64,000 bases of DNA from Caldisericaceae bacterium (GTDB lineage Bacteria > Caldisericota > Caldisericia > Caldisericales > Caldisericaceae). Position 1 is the stretch's first letter; each line of letters starts with the position of its first letter. Under the pieces are notes generated by a model. It worked only from the letters and a program-made list of their open reading frames with translations. It ran no database searches and was not told the origin of the DNA. This document shows, piece by piece, positions 58,973-64,000 of the stretch. The translations under genes were made by a program, and so were the position numbers. The DNA is taken from contig JBMFRX010000003.1 of assembly GCA_049967855.1 (NCBI GenBank), positions 1 to 64,000 on the forward strand, in the 5' to 3' direction.

Positions 58973-60697
58973 ATGAGACTAACTAATTTCTTTTTGCCGA
59001 CTCTCAGGGAAGAGCCGCAAGATGCAGAAATTGAAAGCCATAAATTGATGCTTAAGGCTTCACTGATAAGAAAGGTTGCCGCAGGAGTGTATTCATATTT
59101 GCCCCTTGGTTTGATGGCTCTCAAGAAGGTTGAAGATATCATCAGGGATGAAATGAACAAAGCAGGAGCAATAGAACTTCTATTTCCCGCAATAATGCCA
59201 AGAGAGCTCTGGGAAGAAACTGGAAGATGGGCAATTTACGGAGATGAAATGTTCAGACTGAAAGACCGCAAATCCAGAGAGTTCTGCCTTGGTCCAACTC
59301 ATGAGGAGGCAGTTGTAGACCTTGCAAGAAACGAGATGCGCTCTTACAAGGAACTTCCAAAAACCTTTTATCAAATACAGACAAAATACAGAGACGAGAT
59401 AAGGCCAAGATTCGGGCTAATCAGAGCAAGAGAGTTTGTAATGAAAGATGCATACTCTTTTGATGAATCAGAGGAAGCACTTGAAAAAAGTTACTCCAAA
59501 ATGTACGAAGCCTACACGAATATCTTTAGGAGGTGCGGACTTACAACCACCCCGATAGAGGCTGATTCAGGAGCTATCGGAGGAAAGGTTTCACATGAAT
59601 TTGTTGTAGAGTCGGAAATGGGAGGAGAAAGTGCCTATGTTTTCTGTCCTAAGTGCCACTATGCTTCAAATGTTGAAGCTGCAAAGTCTTCCACAGCAGA
59701 TAGCGTTGATACTGAAGATGAAAAGGAAATGAGTAAAGTTGAAACTTTTGACAATAAGACAATAGAGCAAGTCTCGACATTTCTCAAAATAAGCAAAAAC
59801 AAAACAGTCAAGTCCTTAGTATATAAGGCTGATGAGGAATTTGTGCTTGCATTGGTTAGAGGTGACGACGACTTAAACGAGATAAAACTCAAGAACCTGT
59901 TGGGGGTCAAATTCATTGAACCAGCAAGTGAGAAAGAAATCTACGAGAAATTGAATACAAACATAGGCTCAATAGGTCCTGTAAACTGTGATTTGAGAAT
60001 AATCGTTGACCTTAGAGTAACCAAAATGAAGAACTTCGTGACTGGAGCAAACATTGACGGGTTTCATTATGTCAACGTTAACATAGGAAGAGACTTCAAG
60101 CCAAGCCTCGTTGCTGATTTAAGAAACGTCAGAGAAGGTGATTTGTGCCCTAAATGTGGTACCCCCTTGCAGATGAAGGAAGGAATCGAACTTGGTCACA
60201 CATTCAAACTTGGTACCAAATACTCAGAAAAAATGAAAGCAACATTCCTCGACAGAGAAGGCAAGGAGCAGCTCTACGTTATGGGATGCTATGGCATTGG
60301 AGTGGGAAGGACACTACAATCGGTCGTTGAACAGCATCATGATGATAAAGGCATTAAGTGGCCAGTATCAATTTCTCCTTTCGACATCGAAATTCTCCCA
60401 CTTAACTACTCCGACGTTGAAACCAGAGATTTCGCAGACTTACTTTATACAAAACTAACAAAAGATGGCTACGAGACACTCCTTGATGACAGAACTGAAG
60501 CAACTGCAGGTGTAAAATTCAATGATGCTGACTTAATTGGCTGTCCAATTCAGATTGTTATCGGAAGGACATTCAAGACTGATAACAAAATCGAAATGAA
60601 AATAAGGCAGACCGGAGAAAAACTTAGGTTATCGCAAGATGAACTTGGAAATTTTCTTAAGAACTATTTTGAGGCAGCCTACAAAAGCCTATCATAA
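58973..60697 (+). CDS. proS: Proline--tRNA ligase (bacterial type with editing insertion)
   Basis: LGPTHEE, YRDEIRPRFGL.RAREF.MKDAYSF, GIELGH.F.LGTKYS, MGCYGIG. Confidence 0.98.
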   Translation: MRLTNFFLPTLREEPQDAEIESHKLMLKASLIRKVAAGVYSYLPLGLMALKKVEDIIRDEMNKAGAIELLFPAIMPRELWEETGRWAIYGDEMFRLKDRKSREFCLGPTHEEAVVDLARNEMRSYKELPKTFYQIQTKYRDEIRPRFGLIRAREFVMKDAYSFDESEEALEKSYSKMYEAYTNIFRRCGLTTTPIEADSGAIGGKVSHEFVVESEMGGESAYVFCPKCHYASNVEAAKSSTADSVDTEDEKEMSKVETFDNKTIEQVSTFLKISKNKTVKSLVYKADEEFVLALVRGDDDLNEIKLKNLLGVKFIEPASEKEIYEKLNTNIGSIGPVNCDLRIIVDLRVTKMKNFVTGANIDGFHYVNVNIGRDFKPSLVADLRNVREGDLCPKCGTPLQMKEGIELGHTFKLGTKYSEKMKATFLDREGKEQLYVMGCYGIGVGRTLQSVVEQHHDDKGIKWPVSISPFDIEILPLNYSDVETRDFADLLYTKLTKDGYETLLDDRTEATAGVKFNDADLIGCPIQIVIGRTFKTDNKIEMKIRQTGEKLRLSQDELGNFLKNYFEAAYKSLS

Positions 60698-60727
60698 AAA
60701 ACGGGGGCCTTTGCCCCCTCCTTTTTT
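60696..60727. terminator. Bidirectional Rho-independent terminator between proS and fabF
   Basis: A6 tract, GGGGGC-CTTT-GCCCCC hairpin, T6 tract, between convergent genes. Confidence 0.8.
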
Positions 60728-60747
60728 AGTACCCAGCAGTAATAAAC

Positions 60748-61986
60748 TTAATCAGAAAACTTTTTGTAAACGAGTACTGTGTTATGTCCTCCAAACCCAA
60801 AAGCATTCTTAATTGCAACTCTAACTTCCTTTTCTCTTGGCTTATTAGGAACATAGTCAAGGTCACAATCAGGGTCTTTCTCCTCGTAATTCACAGTGGG
60901 GAAAATGACACCCTTGTCAAGTGTAAGAACTGTTGCCACCGACTCGATACCAGAAGCAGCACCCATAAGATGTCCTGTCATAGACTTAGTTGAGGAGACT
61001 GGGATACTGTAAGCCCGCTCTCCAAAAAACTCCTTAATTGCAAAAGTCTCATTCTTATCGTTCAGTGGGGTCGATGTCCCGTGGGCATTTATGTAATCGA
61101 CATCTTCCTTATTGACGCCTGCGTGAGACAGAGCAAGTGACATCGCCCTTACTATCTGTTTTGCCGAAGGATCTGGAGCTGTAACATGATAAGCATCGTT
61201 TGTGGTGCCGTAACCTGCAAGCTCAGCATAAATTTTTGCTCCTCTTGCCTTAGCATGACTGAGCGACTCAAGGATAAGCACTCCTGCTCCTTCACCCATT
61301 ACAAAACCATCGCGACCTTTGTCAAAAGGTCTTGAGGCGTGTTCAGGGTCATCATTCCTGCGAGATAAAGCTCTCATAGAGGCAAACGCAGCTACCGCCA
61401 GGGGAGTTATTCCAGCATCAGCTCCGCCTGCGACAATAACGTCAAGATCGCCTCTCTGTATCGCATAAAGTGCCTCTCCGATAGTCTTGGACGTCGAAGC
61501 ACAGGCGCCAACTGCTGCAAAAGTTTCACCCTTGAACCCATACTTTAAAGCAATATAAGAAGGTATCGCATCAATAATCATCTGAGTCACAAGATAAGGG
61601 CTAACTCTATCAGGACCCCTATCTCTGTATTGGTTGACCTGGTCTTCTACAGAGCGGAGTCCACCAACTCCTGAGGTAACATAAACACCAATTCTCTCAA
61701 GATCCTCTCTTGAGCTATCAAGGCCTGAATTCTTGATTGCTTCGCTTGCAGCAGCAAAGGCAAATTGCTGTACCTTATCAAGTCTACTTGCTTCTCGTTT
61801 GTCAACAAACTCCTCAGGGTTAAAACCTTTTACTTCGCCTGCTATCTGAACAGAGTGCTTTGAAGCATCAAATTGTGTGATTTTTGATATTCCAGACACA
61901 CCGTTCATCAGGCTTTCATAAAACGCATTCACCCCAATCCCAACGGGGGAAACTACTCCAAGTCCAGTAATAACTACCCTTTCCAT
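60748..61986 (-). CDS. fabF: Beta-ketoacyl-ACP synthase II
   Basis: RVVITGLG, ACAS, SRPFD..RDGFVMGEG, NAHGTST, STKSMTGH, N.FGFGGHN. Confidence 0.96.
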   Translation of the reverse strand: MERVVITGLGVVSPVGIGVNAFYESLMNGVSGISKITQFDASKHSVQIAGEVKGFNPEEFVDKREASRLDKVQQFAFAAASEAIKNSGLDSSREDLERIGVYVTSGVGGLRSVEDQVNQYRDRGPDRVSPYLVTQMIIDAIPSYIALKYGFKGETFAAVGACASTSKTIGEALYAIQRGDLDVIVAGGADAGITPLAVAAFASMRALSRRNDDPEHASRPFDKGRDGFVMGEGAGVLILESLSHAKARGAKIYAELAGYGTTNDAYHVTAPDPSAKQIVRAMSLALSHAGVNKEDVDYINAHGTSTPLNDKNETFAIKEFFGERAYSIPVSSTKSMTGHLMGAASGIESVATVLTLDKGVIFPTVNYEEKDPDCDLDYVPNKPREKEVRVAIKNAFGFGGHNTVLVYKKFSD

Positions 61987-61987
61987 T

Positions 61988-62230
61988 CTACTTTAGGTGT
62001 TCCTGAATGTAGGCAACTGTACTTCCAACGGTAGTAATTTTCTCAATATCCTCATCGGGAATCTTCATACCAAACTCATCCTCAAGTGCCATTGCAATGT
62101 CAACGAGAGTGAGTGAGTCAGCCCCGAGGTCGTCAACATACTTAGCAGAATCGACAATTTTGTCGTCTTCTACTCCCAACTTGTCTTTTACTACCTTTGC
62201 AACTTTCTCTCTAATTTCTTTTTCTTCCAT
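61988..62230 (-). CDS. acpP: Acyl carrier protein
   Basis: DDLGADSL, LEDEFG..IPDE, ITTVG. Confidence 0.96.
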   Translation of the reverse strand: MEEKEIREKVAKVVKDKLGVEDDKIVDSAKYVDDLGADSLTLVDIAMALEDEFGMKIPDEDIEKITTVGSTVAYIQEHLK

Positions 62231-62248
62231 TGTTAACCTCCTAAATTT

Positions 62249-63004
62249 TTATCCTAAAGATAGCCCTCCATCGACAACAATAACCTGACCAGTTATGTAT
62301 GATGCCAATGGAGAAACTAAGAAAGATACAACATTTGCAACATCTTCTGGACTGCCTGCTCTTTTTATTGATACTCTGTTTATGAAAGCCTCTTTTATTC
62401 TATCAATGAGGTTTTTTGTCATATCAGTTTCTATGAAACCAGGTGCAACGAGGTTGGCTGTGATATTTCTCGAGCCGTATTCAATAGCAATAGCCTTTGT
62501 AAGCCCAATTAAGCCTGCTTTTGAAGAAACATAGTTTGCCTGTCCCGCGTTTCCACCGATTCCCACAACAGAGCCAATGTTTACAATCCTTCCAGACTTG
62601 TCTTTTATCATATACTTCAGTGCATGCTTTGTCATAAGAAATGCACCTTTCAAATTTGCATCCAGGACTGCATCCCAATCTTCTACACTCATCCTCATCA
62701 AAAGCCCGTCTTTGGTAACTCCTGCGTTGTTGATGAGAATATCAATCTTGCCAAACTCGCCATATATCTTTGAAACAGTCGCCTCCACCTCTGGCTCATT
62801 TGAAATATCACACTTGAAGTATTGGGCTTTAGTGCCAAGTTTTGCAATTTGCGATACAGTATCTTTTGCTTTATCCTCATTGTGTGCAAAGACTATTGCT
62901 ACATCAGCACCTGCATTCGCAAGGCTCAGAGCAATCGAGCGACCTATACCCCTTGATCCACCAGTGACGACTGCCTTTTTGCCGCTAAGATCTATGTTAA
63001 GCAT
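62249..63004 (-). CDS. fabG: 3-oxoacyl-ACP reductase
   Basis: TGGSRGIG, NNAG, GNAGQANYVSSK, YITGQV..VDGG. Confidence 0.96.
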   Translation of the reverse strand: MLNIDLSGKKAVVTGGSRGIGRSIALSLANAGADVAIVFAHNEDKAKDTVSQIAKLGTKAQYFKCDISNEPEVEATVSKIYGEFGKIDILINNAGVTKDGLLMRMSVEDWDAVLDANLKGAFLMTKHALKYMIKDKSGRIVNIGSVVGIGGNAGQANYVSSKAGLIGLTKAIAIEYGSRNITANLVAPGFIETDMTKNLIDRIKEAFINRVSIKRAGSPEDVANVVSFLVSPLASYITGQVIVVDGGLSLG

Positions 63005-63896
63005 TCACCAAAACCTCCACTGGGTCAACTTTCATCTGATTGAGTGTTTTCTCCACAAGGCCTTTCAAAACGTTCTTTGGGCCAACCTCTATAAAGTAAT
63101 CAACCCCCATTTGCTCCATTGCCATCATTGAGTCAACCCATCTGACAGGCCCTGTAAGCTGGAGCCTTAGATTTGTCTTTATTTCATCAATGCTGTACTC
63201 AGGTCTCGCTGATATGTTTTGAACTATCGGAACAATAGGCTCACTAAATGTCAGGGTCTCAATGAAGTTGCTCATTTCTTCAACGACTGGTTCCATCAAA
63301 GGGGAATGAAAAGCAGCTGAAACATCAAGAGTCTTTGCAAGTCTTGCACCAAGTTGTTTCGCGATAATTGCTGCATCTTCGATTGCTTTTGAATCACCTG
63401 AGAGAACTACCTGGTCAAAAGTATTAAAGTTGGCTGCCACTATCACGCCGCTCTCACTTGATTTGCTAAGCAATTCACCTATTTTTTCGCCATCAAGCCC
63501 AACAACAGCAAGCATTTTCCCTGGAGATTTTGTAGAAGCATTCTTCATAAGCTCTCCTCTCTTGCTCGTCAGTTTCACTCCATCTTCAAAAGAAAAAACC
63601 CCTGCAGAAAAAAGAGCTGAGTATTCTCCAAGGCTATGTCCTGCTACAACATCTGGCTTAACATTGTTATCTTTCAAAAAAGCGTCATACAAAGAAGAAA
63701 CTACAAAAAGCGCTGGCTGAGCAATATCTGTAGACGTTAACTGCTCTTGAGGTCCTTTCTCGCAAAGCTCAAGTAGATCTTTCCCAATAATCGAAGATGC
63801 TCTATCAAAATAATCCTTCTTTAAGCTCGAATCCGGGATTTTTGAGCTCATTCCGACGTACTGCGACCCTTGACCTGGAAAAACAAAAGCCCTCAT
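62997..63896 (-). CDS. fabD: Malonyl CoA-ACP transacylase
   Basis: FVFPGQGSQ, AQPAL, GHSLGEY, VSAAFHS, PVRW, EVGP. Confidence 0.96.
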   Translation of the reverse strand: MRAFVFPGQGSQYVGMSSKIPDSSLKKDYFDRASSIIGKDLLELCEKGPQEQLTSTDIAQPALFVVSSLYDAFLKDNNVKPDVVAGHSLGEYSALFSAGVFSFEDGVKLTSKRGELMKNASTKSPGKMLAVVGLDGEKIGELLSKSSESGVIVAANFNTFDQVVLSGDSKAIEDAAIIAKQLGARLAKTLDVSAAFHSPLMEPVVEEMSNFIETLTFSEPIVPIVQNISARPEYSIDEIKTNLRLQLTGPVRWVDSMMAMEQMGVDYFIEVGPKNVLKGLVEKTLNQMKVDPVEVLVNA

Positions 63897-63897
63897 C

Positions 63898-64000
63898 TCA
63901 CCACTCCATTAAAATTGCACCGGAAGTCATTCCTGCTCCAAAGGAAACCATAAGCACTTTATCACCTTTTTTAAGATTACCGCTCTGCTTAAGATTATCC
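63898..64000 (-). CDS. fabH: C-terminus of beta-ketoacyl-ACP synthase III (partial, runs off the window)
   Basis: ...GNLKKGDKVLMVSFGAGMTSGAILMEW*; directly upstream of fabD. Confidence 0.85.
   Translation of the reverse strand, partial: DNLKQSGNLKKGDKVLMVSFGAGMTSGAILMEW

Overview
Mostly core chromosome of an anaerobic, probably thermophilic bacterium (GC roughly 40% by eye; gene content and order suggest Caldisericota, which is an inference). Most genes lie on the minus strand. Main blocks: (1) tRNA-Ile/tRNA-Ala with their own promoter and no rRNA, next to a solitary CRISPR-like repeat; (2) a ~18 kb tightly packed run: 2x roadblock, metG, tatD, nfnAB, amrS, apbE, NusG-II, Gx transporter, DUF4321, maf, mreBCD, mrdA, minCDE, rodA, radical SAM; (3) rsfS, trxB, PDO, ROK; (4) a putative arginine synthetase (ArcE-like) with ornithine carbamoyltransferase; (5) a small accessory/defence patch (SDH-family Clp-fold protease, decayed PD-(D/E)xK nuclease, AbiE type IV toxin-antitoxin pair with a palindromic operator); (6) amrB-amrA, glnA-MFS, an unannotated ~95 nt sRNA candidate with an anti-Shine-Dalgarno motif, a heterodimeric ABC exporter, hsp20; (7) an eroded DUF438-SufT-MoaD-MoeB cluster; (8) a TPP-riboswitch thiamine ABC operon and tRNA-Ser; (9) nurA, rpsB-tsf-pyrH-frr-uppS-dxr-rseP-ispG, an NtrC-like two-component system, tandem PPi/ATP phosphofructokinases, proS, fabH-fabD-fabG-acpP-fabF. 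The best leads are the sRNA opposite glnA, the ArcE-like/OTC pair, the orphan CRISPR repeat, the Nfn-ApbE-EetA/B-like linkage and repeated leaderless gene starts. All product calls come from motif recognition by eye; no searches were run.
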